Assembly: GCA_011772205.1 (NCBI GenBank)
Contig: WVZY01000016.1
Coordinates: 21,634 to 85,633 of the forward strand
DNA from: Candidatus Latescibacterota bacterium
GTDB taxonomy: Bacteria > Krumholzibacteriota > Krumholzibacteriia > WVZY01
Length of the DNA: 64,000 nt
Direction of reading: 5' to 3'
Shown here: in pieces, positions 55,006 to 64,000 of the stretch
Position numbering within the stretch: position 1 is the stretch's first letter
Layout of the letters: each line of letters starts with the position of its first letter
Notes under the pieces: generated by a model
What the model saw: only the letters and a program-made list of their open reading frames with translations
Told to the model about the DNA's origin: nothing
Databases searched by the model: none
Made by a program: the position numbers and the translations under genes

Positions 55006-57504
55006 CTATTCTGCGTTTTTTACATATTTATCCAGCCAATTGGTCATCTCCCAGAGCATGTGCATTATCGATTCCCGTGATCGATAACCATGGCTTTCCA
55101 GAGGAAGCATTACCAATTTCGCCGTGCCGCCGTGCCCTTTAATGGCATTATAGAAGCGCTCGCTTTGCATGGGAAAAGTGCCCGAGTTGTTGTCGGCTTC
55201 GCCGTGAATGAGTAATATCGGTTCGTTCACGCTATCGGCATGCATAAAGGGAGACATCTCGAAATAAACATCAAGTGCTTCCCATAAGGTTCTTTCTTCC
55301 GCTTGAAATCCAAATGGCGTCAATGTTCGATTATAAGCTCCACTACGGGCAATACCGGCGGAGAATAGATCCGAATGAGCCAGCAGGTTGGCGGTCATAA
55401 AGGCTCCATAAGAATGCCCGCCAATGGCAATTCGATTTCTCTCAGCCACTCCTCGACGCACCATCTCTTCGACGGCCGCTTTTGCGCTGGCCACCAATTG
55501 CTCGACATAGGTATCATTTGGCTCCTCATCCCCTTCCCCAATGATTGGCATGGTTGGATCATCGAGCACCCCATACCCTGAAACCAACCATAACAACGGT
55601 GACCACCAGCCGATTCTTACAAAGCGATAGGGAGAATCGGTCACCTGTCCGGCCGCGTCGGCACTCTTGAACTCCTGAGGGTAGGCCCACATGAGCATGG
55701 GCAATGGACCGTCATCAGTTTTATAATTTGGAGGCAAGTACAATGTTGCCGTCATCTTAACCCCATCTTCCCGCTCATAGCGAATCAGTTCCTTTTGAAC
55801 GTCTTTCAATTGAGGCGTAGGATGCGGGAATTTGGTGATTTGAGATAACTGTTCATTTTTGAGATCGCGGATAAAATAGTTGGGCGGCTTACTAATCGAC
55901 TCTCGACGCGTGATCATTATTAATTTGTCAGTATCCAATAATTCGACCGGTCGTTCGAAATAGGGCGCTTCCGATCGCCACAAGCGTTTTGTTTCTTTCC
56001 GCATTAAATCATAGGAGTCAATGAACGGCCGATCTCCTTCAGGGGATGCCCCATCGCCAACCAAATATATGGTGTTCCCTTGCTCGCTGGTCAGCAAAAC
56101 AGAGTGACCGTTGGGCAACTCTCTCATGAGCGGATATCCGGGATGGTTGTATCTGTCCTGCCAGGAAAAATCATGCAGCAGTGTTGTATCTGGTTTCTCT
56201 GAAGACGGATTGATCTTCCATGAACGAATCCGGCGATCTCGCCACCACCACTCGTTGACGATGGCCAATTGTTCGTTTCCCCATAAAACATTATAGTAAC
56301 GCAATTGCAGCGATACCAATAATCGAGGTTCTCCTGAGAATGGATCGTTTAACGTGTAAATATTATCCCGTATTTCCGCTTCCGCCTTTGGGTCTCCGCC
56401 GTCCTGCGCTTCCACCCAGCATAAAGCTGCCGGCTCATTTGACAGCCATTCGAAAGACCGCGGACCGGTTGGCACAGCTCCGAAACCAATTGGTACTTCC
56501 TCGGCGAGAGGCAGATCGGCAATCTGCTTCACCACGTTGCCTTCCAAGTCCCATACTTCGACAGAGTGAGGGAAACGATAGGCTGGCACCAGATAAGAAA
56601 ATGGCCGGTGAACCGTTTCCACGAGAATATACAATCCATTCGGCGACGGTTCTATTCTCCGAATGATGCCGGTTTTCCCAATTTGTTTTCCTTTGCCATC
56701 GATCATAACTCTGAATATCTGGACCGTAAAATGATGTTCAAAAAGTTTCTCGTCATGAGCATTTTTCAGTAAATCTTGATAGGTGCGCGCGGGTGCTTTT
56801 TTCCCACTTGTTTCTTGGATGACAGGCGCACTGGGCACACCTGACTCAACAGGCGCTTTGCCGATATCATCCGGCATGATTTTGCAGATGATGGTTTGAT
56901 TATCCGGAAGCCATTCAAATGCCGAGCGGTATGCACTGTTGATCTTGTCGGCAACGAGCTTCTTGGCTGTTTTAGCGGATACATCGATGACCCATAAATC
57001 TTGACCATTTTCTCTCGAATTGATGAAGGCGATATGATTTCCATCCGGTGACCACCTGATGTTGCGAATTTTCGCCTTTTCCGGCAATCCTCTTATTTCA
57101 AATTCTTTTCCGTCTTTGATATCCAACAGCTTTAGACCCGTCACATAGCGGCCGCGGCTTGGCCCACGATTTTTAGGGTTCATCCTGATTCCAGCCAGAC
57201 GAAGTTCCGGCTGAGCCAATTCTTCGATAGCAATGAGATTTGGATATTCTTGGATTAACATCCACTTCTGCGTTGGATCAATGCTGACATAGGGAGTCGG
57301 TGGCGCGTCAATGAGATCAGCGATCGCCTTCGGCGGTGTTTGATACTTTTGGGTGCTCGATGATTGGGCAGATAATTCACTCCACGGCAAACAAATGATA
57401 ATGGCCGAAAGCATCAGGGAACACATGATCACGGAAATATGCCTTCTAAATGTCGCAATGCACAACATGATACATCCTCCTCTTCCAGCAGTAGGAAAAT
57501 ACAT
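55006..57504 (-). CDS. S9-family serine peptidase (prolyl oligopeptidase / dipeptidyl peptidase type) with an N-terminal beta-propeller
   Basis: Nucleophile motif IAIGGHSYGAFMT. Late LLIHGEADNN and ESHGY motifs. Signal-like segment MCSLMLSAIIICLPWSELSAQ. The start could be 57504 or ATG 57468. Confidence 0.85.
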   Translation of the reverse strand: MYFPTAGRGGCIMLCIATFRRHISVIMCSLMLSAIIICLPWSELSAQSSSTQKYQTPPKAIADLIDAPPTPYVSIDPTQKWMLIQEYPNLIAIEELAQPELRLAGIRMNPKNRGPSRGRYVTGLKLLDIKDGKEFEIRGLPEKAKIRNIRWSPDGNHIAFINSRENGQDLWVIDVSAKTAKKLVADKINSAYRSAFEWLPDNQTIICKIMPDDIGKAPVESGVPSAPVIQETSGKKAPARTYQDLLKNAHDEKLFEHHFTVQIFRVMIDGKGKQIGKTGIIRRIEPSPNGLYILVETVHRPFSYLVPAYRFPHSVEVWDLEGNVVKQIADLPLAEEVPIGFGAVPTGPRSFEWLSNEPAALCWVEAQDGGDPKAEAEIRDNIYTLNDPFSGEPRLLVSLQLRYYNVLWGNEQLAIVNEWWWRDRRIRSWKINPSSEKPDTTLLHDFSWQDRYNHPGYPLMRELPNGHSVLLTSEQGNTIYLVGDGASPEGDRPFIDSYDLMRKETKRLWRSEAPYFERPVELLDTDKLIMITRRESISKPPNYFIRDLKNEQLSQITKFPHPTPQLKDVQKELIRYEREDGVKMTATLYLPPNYKTDDGPLPMLMWAYPQEFKSADAAGQVTDSPYRFVRIGWWSPLLWLVSGYGVLDDPTMPIIGEGDEEPNDTYVEQLVASAKAAVEEMVRRGVAERNRIAIGGHSYGAFMTANLLAHSDLFSAGIARSGAYNRTLTPFGFQAEERTLWEALDVYFEMSPFMHADSVNEPILLIHGEADNNSGTFPMQSERFYNAIKGHGGTAKLVMLPLESHGYRSRESIMHMLWEMTNWLDKYVKNAE

Positions 57505-57925
57505 GTATGGGACATCCCACCTTCATTTCTTTCCGGACATACAGCAGGTCCATCCAAGATAGCGAATTGACAACAGCCAATGGCTTTCCGTGAGCCATCT
57601 CAAAAGATCTCACGAAGTCAGTGAGCGGTACGTTACCTTGCTATATACTAAATGGCGTGGGCAAGCGGACAGTACGCACTCAATATTAGCATTTCTGGGG
57701 AAGTTTGCAATCGCGTCCAGAGGTGGAAAATCTGAGCATTCGGAAATACTAGAACACCCCGCTCGAGGCTGGAAGTTCCTCCGACGGCGGGGCACGCGTC
57801 GGCTTTCACTCGCTCAACGCTACTCCGAGGGCATGCACGCATGCATTGAGAATTGCCCATTCATCACCGTGCCAATTGCACACACGCATGCGCTGGTTGT
57901 TGTTTATTTGAAGCGTTGAGTTCCT

Positions 57926-59605
57926 TTAGATCAGGTCAATGTAGCCGCATGGACATACTTCCATGCACTTGTCGCACCCGTTGCACTTGTTTATGTCGAA
58001 CATGAAGGCCTCGCCCTTCACCCGTGGCTTGATGACGGCTTGTTCCTGACATAAGATCCAACACTCTTCACAACCGAAGCAATAACCGCAGCTCATGCAG
58101 CGTTTGGCTTCCTGGACGGCTTGTTCGGGTGTAAGGCCCTTGTTGACTTCGGCGAACATTTGCGCCAATCGCTCCTCGATTGCGAGAGATTCCGCCTCCA
58201 GCCGGTCTGCTTTCGGGTACCAGTCCATACGCAGGCGCTTGGTTGTGATGGCCGGCAGATCTCCAGGTATCGGGGGCTCCAGGCCGCGAAGCTTGAAGTC
58301 AATTGCAATCGCCGCCCCACGTCCCTGGCCGATGGCCGTGCTGGCAAGGGCCAGGTTCACTGCATCCCCGCCGGCGTAAATGCCCTCCTCCTTGAGCAAG
58401 GCGCCGTGGTCGTCTATCTTGAACCAGTCGCGCCCGTCTATAAGGGACTCGAAGCCGGTGAAATCCGGTTCCTGACTGATCGCCGCGATGACGGTCGTTG
58501 CCGGAATCTCGAATTCGGATCCATCTATGGGAACGGGGCGCCGCCTCCCTGACTCATCGGGCTCGCCAAGCTCCATGCGGATGCACTTCATGTTGGTGAT
58601 CCGGTTGTTTTCCTTTACGAATCCCGCGGGTGCCGCCAGGTACTCCAGCTTGATCCCTTCTTTCTGCGCTTCTTCGATTTCCTCGTCGATTGCGGGCATC
58701 TCATTGATCGTGCGACGGTACACGATGGAGGTGGTCGCCCCCAGCCGCCTGCAGATTCTGGCGGCGTCAATGGCCGTATCGCCGCCTCCCACCACGATCA
58801 CATTGTCTCCGACGTCGATTGTCTCGCCGTGATGGATGCGGTTGAGGAATTCCACACCAGAAAGAACGTTTTCGGCGTCTTCACCTTCCACTCCCAGCAG
58901 CTTGCCTTTGTGCGCACCGATGCTGAGGAAGACGGCCTGGTAATCCCGGCGGAGGTCGTCGAGCGGGATATCCGTCCCGATGCGAGTGTTGCATTTCAGT
59001 TCCACGCCGAAATCGAGGATCCGCTGAATCTCGCGATCGAGGATATCCTCCGGAAGCCTGTACCGAGGAATGCCCCACAGAAGCATCCCACCGGGTTTCT
59101 CTGTGGCTTCGAAAACGGTTACGGAATAGCCCATGCGGGTTAGCTGATAAGCGCAGGTCAATCCCGCGGGGCCGGCGCCAACGACGGCAATTTTCTCCAG
59201 GCGCTTCTCTTCCGTCAGCTTTTTGAACGTGAGGCCTTTCTCCAATCCGTAATCGCCGATCGTTCGTTCGATTTTATTGACACCCACAGCGCCATCCAGT
59301 TCGATGCGATTGCATCCGCTCTCGCAAGGATGTGGGCAGATGCGCCCGCATACGGCGGGAAAAGGACTGGTTTCCGTGTAAATGTGCCACGCCTCCTCCA
59401 GCGCCTGGTCCTGAGTCTTGCCAAACTTTTCGGCCTGCGCAAGCGTCGTCACGAACCTGCGGACCTGGTTACCGGCCGGGCAGGAGTCCATGCATCCAGG
59501 CAGCTTGGGAGCCTGAATCGGTCTCTTACCCGAATCCACATGTGCCGCACCACTCCCCCTCGAGGCGAACGACTTCTTCTTTTTCTTTACTACTTTTTTA
59601 ACCAC
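57926..59605 (-). CDS. GltD-like NAD(P)H/FAD oxidoreductase with N-terminal Fe-S and a C-terminal 2x[4Fe-4S] ferredoxin domain (DsrL-like architecture)
   Basis: 559 aa, GTG start. Contains CGRICPHPCESGC, KIAVVGAGPAGLTCAYQL and VIVVGGGDTAIDAA. The C-terminus reads CMSCGYCFGCEECWILC...CNGCDKCMEVCPCG. Confidence 0.8.
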   Translation of the reverse strand: MVKKVVKKKKKSFASRGSGAAHVDSGKRPIQAPKLPGCMDSCPAGNQVRRFVTTLAQAEKFGKTQDQALEEAWHIYTETSPFPAVCGRICPHPCESGCNRIELDGAVGVNKIERTIGDYGLEKGLTFKKLTEEKRLEKIAVVGAGPAGLTCAYQLTRMGYSVTVFEATEKPGGMLLWGIPRYRLPEDILDREIQRILDFGVELKCNTRIGTDIPLDDLRRDYQAVFLSIGAHKGKLLGVEGEDAENVLSGVEFLNRIHHGETIDVGDNVIVVGGGDTAIDAARICRRLGATTSIVYRRTINEMPAIDEEIEEAQKEGIKLEYLAAPAGFVKENNRITNMKCIRMELGEPDESGRRRPVPIDGSEFEIPATTVIAAISQEPDFTGFESLIDGRDWFKIDDHGALLKEEGIYAGGDAVNLALASTAIGQGRGAAIAIDFKLRGLEPPIPGDLPAITTKRLRMDWYPKADRLEAESLAIEERLAQMFAEVNKGLTPEQAVQEAKRCMSCGYCFGCEECWILCQEQAVIKPRVKGEAFMFDINKCNGCDKCMEVCPCGYIDLI

Positions 59606-59797
59606 GACAATCCTCTTTGTGTTTAAGCTCCACCGGACGGCACAATATCGATGGGTTCGATTGCCGGATGGTTCTTGGTGAATGTGCCTGCTGGGCAGGT
59701 GAAACAGACGCCTTCTCGTTCGGCCCTCCAGCCGTAGCTACCCGCTCGGCAGAGCGACCGGTTCCGTGTCTACCCAAAGGTGGAGGTTGAGCTGCGC

Positions 59798-60031
59798 CTA
59801 ACCCTCCTCCTCAGGCAGTTCGACGTAACTGCTTCCCTTGTAAGTGTATACACATCTGCCAGATTCGACTAGCAGGCGGACGGCTTCCTTGCACGTACTC
59901 CTACTGCACTCGCTGCCGAAGCGCTCCATCATCTCTTGGGTGAGTTCCCGTGCTGTGTACTTCTTCCTGCCTTTGTACTCCTTGACCAACTCATACATGG
60001 CATCTGCAATTTGCTCGATGCTCACTGCCAT
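59798..60031 (-). CDS. Small (77 aa) winged-helix-like protein, possibly DsrD-like
   Basis: The internal start ATG 60031 (GAGGAG upstream) gives MAVSIEQIADAMYELVKEYKGRKKYTARELTQEMMERFGSECSRSTCKEAVRLLVESGRCVYTYKGSSYVELPEEEG. Its size and the K-K-Y...K-x-A-V-x-x-L-V...Y-x-x-x-G-S-S-Y pattern loosely parallel DsrD, but the WSSGSTT motif is not conserved. Confidence 0.35.
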   Translation of the reverse strand: MAVSIEQIADAMYELVKEYKGRKKYTARELTQEMMERFGSECSRSTCKEAVRLLVESGRCVYTYKGSSYVELPEEEG

Positions 60032-60261
60032 CTGTGCTCCTCTCACGTAGCAAGTTCCTCTCCCAACCCCCTTATTCTTCCCCACCAAGTCCCAATTACC
60101 CTTTACTCGCATTGTAATAAGTTGATGGTTTCTGTCAAGTCCTTAACGAATTTCTTAGGCCTGCGCTCCCTCTGTCTTGACCCAGCCAACGCAGTTTGAT
60201 ACCTTCTTGCCCTGCGGAATGGTGGAATCCAAAGAGCAAAGAATCGGCCGGCGGTTGTTCA

Positions 60262-60948
60262 ATGGAGAAGGAAGATATGGGCTTGCAGCATCTGTTTCCC
60301 TCGATGCTGAAGCTCGATGGGGCGAAAGTGATAGTGATCGGCGGAGGAGCCGTGGCCGAGCGAAAGGTCCGGTCGCTGCTCGAATGCGGGGCGTCCGTAA
60401 CGGTCATCGCCCCCACGCTGACGAAGAGCTTGTCCCGGCTCGCTGCTGAAAAGCGCCTGACCCATTTCGCGCGATCGTTTCGTTCGGGAGACCTAACAGG
60501 CGCTGCACTCGCTTTTGCCGCCATCGATGACATCCGTGTCAACGCCGCTGTGGCTGAGGAAGCCGGACGCCTGAACGTACTCGTTAACGTTGTCGACCAG
60601 CCGGCCTTGTGTACTTTCATTGTGCCTGCTGTTACAAGGCAGGGCCGGCTGACCATTGCCGTCTCTACCGGCGGCGTTAGTCCTGCGTGGGCGCGGCGCA
60701 TAAAAGAGCACATGAGCAGCGAGTTCGGTAAAGAATACGCGCGTTTGCTCGATGCCTTGGCCACAGTCCGCAGGCGCTGTCTGAAGGATATTACCGATCC
60801 TGCCAGACGCAGGAGATTTCTCCAACAACTGGCCGATGATTCATTACTTGAATTGGCGCGTTCCAAGGAAGTGAAAGCGCTCGAGGCGGAAATCTTGGAG
60901 CGTCTCGAACGATGGTCTGAAGATGCTCGAGCCGATCCACCCGGTTGA
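60262..60948 (+). CDS. Precorrin-2 dehydrogenase / sirohydrochlorin ferrochelatase (SirC / CysG N-terminal-domain type)
   Basis: Contains LDGAKVIVIGGGAVAERKVRSLLECGASVTVIAP (Rossmann) and TIAVSTGGVSPAWARRIK. The start could be ATG 60262 or ATG 60277. Confidence 0.8.
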   Translation: MEKEDMGLQHLFPSMLKLDGAKVIVIGGGAVAERKVRSLLECGASVTVIAPTLTKSLSRLAAEKRLTHFARSFRSGDLTGAALAFAAIDDIRVNAAVAEEAGRLNVLVNVVDQPALCTFIVPAVTRQGRLTIAVSTGGVSPAWARRIKEHMSSEFGKEYARLLDALATVRRRCLKDITDPARRRRFLQQLADDSLLELARSKEVKALEAEILERLERWSEDARADPPG

Positions 60949-61021
60949 ACCACGGATGAACGCGGCGGTATAACTGGCGCTAGAGCGATGAAGCGAGCAA
61001 GGAGGGACAGGGGGTATAGCA

Positions 61022-61759
61022 ATGACACCACAAGGTAGGGTTTTCCTGGTCGGAGCGGGGCCAGGTGACCCGGAACTCATCACACTTCGAGGAGTGCGCG
61101 CACTGCAGCAAGCGGATATCGTGCTGTATGATCGCCTCGTTTCCAAGGAGATTCTGGGGCACGCGCAGCCGGATGCAGAGCTTGTCTATGTGGGCAAGCG
61201 CTGCGGCAGCCACTCTGTTCCGCAGGAAGAAATCAACAGGAGGCTCGTCGATTATGCGAGGCGCGGCAAGCACGTCGTTCGACTCAAGAACGGCGATCCG
61301 TTCGTATTCGGGCGAGGTGGAGAAGAAGCTGACGCCTTGGCAGAGGCAGGCATTCCCTTTGAAGTGATACCTGGAGTAACGGCCGCCGTGGCCGCAGGTG
61401 CCTGCTGCGGCCTGCCGTTGACGAAGCGGAGCGTGAGTTCATGCGTGACCTTGGTAACGGGACATGAGGACCCGACGAAAGACCAGTCGGATATAAATTG
61501 GGCCGCGCTCGCTTGTACGAAAGGCACCATCGTGATCTATATGGCCATGGCACATCTGCAGCAGGTCGTCACGAGACTGATCGATTCGGGTCTCCCTGCT
61601 GACACTCCGGCAGCTGTAATTAGCAAGGCGACAATGCCCGACCAAGTATGCCTCGCTGCTCCACTGGAGGAACTGCCACCACTAGTGCAAGAGCGCGGTG
61701 TGACCCCGCCCTCCGTCGTCATCATCGGGAAGGTCGTCCAGATTGAACCACAACGTTAA
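61022..61759 (+). CDS. cobA: Uroporphyrinogen-III C-methyltransferase (SUMT)
   Basis: Contains RVFLVGAGPGDPELITLRGVRALQQADIVLYDRLV, VVRLKNGDPFVFGRGGEE and VIPGVTAAVAA. Confidence 0.9.
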   Translation: MTPQGRVFLVGAGPGDPELITLRGVRALQQADIVLYDRLVSKEILGHAQPDAELVYVGKRCGSHSVPQEEINRRLVDYARRGKHVVRLKNGDPFVFGRGGEEADALAEAGIPFEVIPGVTAAVAAGACCGLPLTKRSVSSCVTLVTGHEDPTKDQSDINWAALACTKGTIVIYMAMAHLQQVVTRLIDSGLPADTPAAVISKATMPDQVCLAAPLEELPPLVQERGVTPPSVVIIGKVVQIEPQR

Positions 61760-61808
61760 CGAATCGACTGGATTTGGTGGTTAAGCCCCTTTAACAAAGG
61801 AGTGACAC

Positions 61809-62249
61809 ATGTCGATCAAGGAGTATCAGGAGAAAATAGCGGCCAACATGCGCAATTGGCAGAAGATCGAAAATTCAGGAATTGCTTCGACCAACCGTAT
61901 CATCGAGAAGACCCGGAATCCGGTAGTGCGCATGGTCATGGAGATCATTCAGCGCGATTCAGAAATGCACCACCGCGTCCAGGAGCTGATCGCCGAGAGC
62001 CTGGAAGCAACAACGGTAACTCTGAGTCCTGATGAGCTAGCGGCTGTATGGGGTATGATCGAGGAACACGTCAAGCTCGAACGGTCCACCATCGAACTGG
62101 CTAAAAACAGCCTGGAAGAGACCGAAAAGGCCAAGGGCATGCTCGTGCAGCATTATCTGCTCGAGTACCTGCTGAAAGACGAGGAAAAACACGAAGAAAT
62201 CCTCGCGAATCTCGATAAGATCAAAGGCGGGATGTACCCATACGCTTGA
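61809..62249 (+). CDS. Hypothetical helical protein
   Basis: 146 aa. Predicted all-helical, Glu/His-rich (SEMHHRVQELIAE, KDEEKHEEIL). RBS AAAGGAG. No family recognised. Confidence 0.5.
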   Translation: MSIKEYQEKIAANMRNWQKIENSGIASTNRIIEKTRNPVVRMVMEIIQRDSEMHHRVQELIAESLEATTVTLSPDELAAVWGMIEEHVKLERSTIELAKNSLEETEKAKGMLVQHYLLEYLLKDEEKHEEILANLDKIKGGMYPYA

Positions 62250-62305
62250 GCGTTTGGCGAGAAAACCCGGAGATTCCGTTTGCGCGGCGCGCCTCATGGG
62301 GAAAC

Positions 62306-63667
62306 TCACGAGCTGCTTATCTTCTTTCCATTTGAAATGGATCCATTCGAAGCGGGCGCGATGTCCGTTTGCAAAGAAGCGTCCCGCAGTATTCTCACCA
62401 TGGACTCGTCAGCCTGAGCCAGGAAAGCTTCAACGGCTTCCGTACCAACTTCGTAAGCGACTCCCCTCAACCCGGCGGTCGGGAGGTGGGCGAAACGCCT
62501 GGCTAATGTCTCTGCCCAGCGTCGAACGGCCTCCCGCTCATTCTCTTTGAGACCTGAAAGCTCCTTGCGGAACAAGCGCTCAACGCCTTCGAGCGCTGTG
62601 TGCCTGTACCGGCGCTGCACGGCCGCAAAGAGTGGCGCGAGAATCCGATCCACCAGGCGCCTGCGCAAGCCGAGGAGGGCGTCATCCACGATCGCCCTGG
62701 CATCCGCCGCTTCCAGCAAGCGTCTCTCACGGTTTCGCTCTGCCTCTGCAAGCACCTCCTCCATGCCAATACGATTCAAGCCCGCCTTATCGGCATCATT
62801 GGGAGAAACATCCGGGGGGATGGACAAGTCGATAATAAGGGGTGGCTCACCCGAAGGCGCGCGGGCAGCTAACCGCTCGAGGTCCTGATGCTCCAGGATG
62901 CCGTCGGGAGAACCCGTCGCCAAGAGGACGACTTCGACGGATTCAGGCCGAGCGCGAAACTCATCGAGCGTGCGGGCTTCCCCGCCGATCTCGCCGGCCA
63001 GCGCTTCGGCGCGCTCGAGCGTTCGGTTGACTACGTAGACAACCGTGTGATTCTCGCTGACAGCGCGAGCGCAGCGCTCCGTCATTGCGGACACGCCGAT
63101 TACCGCAACCGGGCCCGGCGTGCGTCGCAATCGGTTGCGTACGTGATCCAAAGCGATTTCCGCGAGCGACTGTCTGCCCTCACCGATGGTGGACCGGCTG
63201 TGGACACGGCGCGCTACTTTGAAGGCCTCTTCAAACAGAAGATCGAGGCGAGGACCCGTGAGGCCAAGTTTGCGCGAGAGCTCGAAAGAGTCCCGCACTT
63301 GGCCGCTGATTTCGGGCTCCCCCACTCGCGCGGAGTCGAGACTCGAGGCAACCAGGAACAGGTGCTCGGCGGCCTTCTCTCCCACCCAAACTTCGAATGC
63401 ACGTTCCGCTTCGCCGGGCTCCGGCTCGCGTCCCACGAGCGCTTCGAAAAAGATAGCGCGGTAGTCCGCAACAGCCGTCTCACCGTCGTTTACAAACGTC
63501 AATTCTACCCGGTTGCACGTGGCGAGATAGACGAGCTCATCCACCCTGTTCCGCCGCGCGAAACGCTGAAGCCAATCTGAACGCTTTTCCAATGGAACCG
63601 TGAAACCAGCCAGTGCTTGAGGTCCGCCATTTCGCCAGGAGATCCCGGTCACTCCAATCCTATCCAT
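62306..63667 (-). CDS. hemA: Glutamyl-tRNA reductase
   Basis: 453 aa. Contains LVYLATCNRVELTF (catalytic Cys motif) and the NADPH motif VAVIGVSAMTERCA. Confidence 0.92.
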   Translation of the reverse strand: MDRIGVTGISWRNGGPQALAGFTVPLEKRSDWLQRFARRNRVDELVYLATCNRVELTFVNDGETAVADYRAIFFEALVGREPEPGEAERAFEVWVGEKAAEHLFLVASSLDSARVGEPEISGQVRDSFELSRKLGLTGPRLDLLFEEAFKVARRVHSRSTIGEGRQSLAEIALDHVRNRLRRTPGPVAVIGVSAMTERCARAVSENHTVVYVVNRTLERAEALAGEIGGEARTLDEFRARPESVEVVLLATGSPDGILEHQDLERLAARAPSGEPPLIIDLSIPPDVSPNDADKAGLNRIGMEEVLAEAERNRERRLLEAADARAIVDDALLGLRRRLVDRILAPLFAAVQRRYRHTALEGVERLFRKELSGLKENEREAVRRWAETLARRFAHLPTAGLRGVAYEVGTEAVEAFLAQADESMVRILRDASLQTDIAPASNGSISNGKKISSS

Positions 63668-64000
63668 TACTTCCCTTCCGGTTTCTACTCATATCGCCTT
63701 CTCCCTATCCGCCCTTTGTCGTGCTGGAGCTTGGGTGAGGCTTTGTATGCAGGTTACCACTCGCCCGATGAAAAGTCGATTTGGACTCGCAGGTGAGCAG
63801 CTAAGATTACTGGTGTGGTAATGAGTGGCGGTCCGAATAGTGAGGGAACCTCGTCCGCTTCAATCGCCATACGAAGCGCCGTAGAAAACCAGCGCTTCGC
63901 GAAATTATAGGGCGGATTCGAGAATGCATCAAGCGCATTTCCCATGACGTGCTGCGCCTGGCAGCATCATTCTGTTTGGCGAGTACCTTGCTTCACCCAT

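Noticed and set aside
60135-61031. 298-aa minus-strand ORF antisense to the SirC-like gene
   Set aside because: Ser/Ala/Arg-rich shadow. The plus-strand product has the Rossmann and SirC motifs.
63754-63945. 63-aa minus-strand ORF upstream of hemA
   Set aside because: No RBS and no recognisable motif. An in-frame stop lies just upstream. There is too little evidence to call it a gene. Also, nothing longer than about 20 codons enters from the right window edge.

Overview
Densely coding, moderately GC-rich bacterial chromosomal segment. I recognised no rRNA, tRNA, CRISPR array, transposase or integrase. Left part (1-20.7 kb): secreted and T9SS-type cargo proteins (parallel beta-helix, FN3), a decayed stretch holding orphan T9SS C-terminal-domain relics and a 90-bp inverted-repeat element, a translationally coupled DUF1611 / PP-loop::creatininase fusion / enolase-superfamily epimerase operon, groES-groEL, a MarR gene, and a beta-barrel plus two large multihaem cytochrome c operon that looks like a porin-cytochrome conduit. 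Middle (21-30 kb): one HAMP histidine kinase with four stand-alone receiver proteins, a TauE-family permease, a cytidylate-kinase-like membrane protein and a nitronate-monooxygenase-like flavoenzyme. Right part (30.7-63.7 kb): a nearly complete dissimilatory sulfate/sulfite reduction gene set. On the plus strand this is dsrT-like-dsrMKJOP-dsrAB. On the minus strand it is a 12-kb co-directional array, rex-aprBA-(Zn-ribbon gene, YkgJ-like gene)-qmoABC-sat-osmC-tauE-small membrane gene. These are followed by dsrC, a CbiA/DsrN-like amidase, a GltD/DsrL-like oxidoreductase, a small DsrD-like winged-helix candidate, and sirohaem/tetrapyrrole genes (SirC-like, cobA, hemA). The most unusual items are the PP-loop::creatininase fusion operon, the two extra genes coupled to qmoA, rex coupled to aprB, the porin-cytochrome-like operon, and the repeat element with a flipped flank. 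All functional calls rest on motifs read by eye from the translations; no database search was run. One real gene (1..2183, minus strand) is missing from the supplied ORF track because it runs off the window edge.
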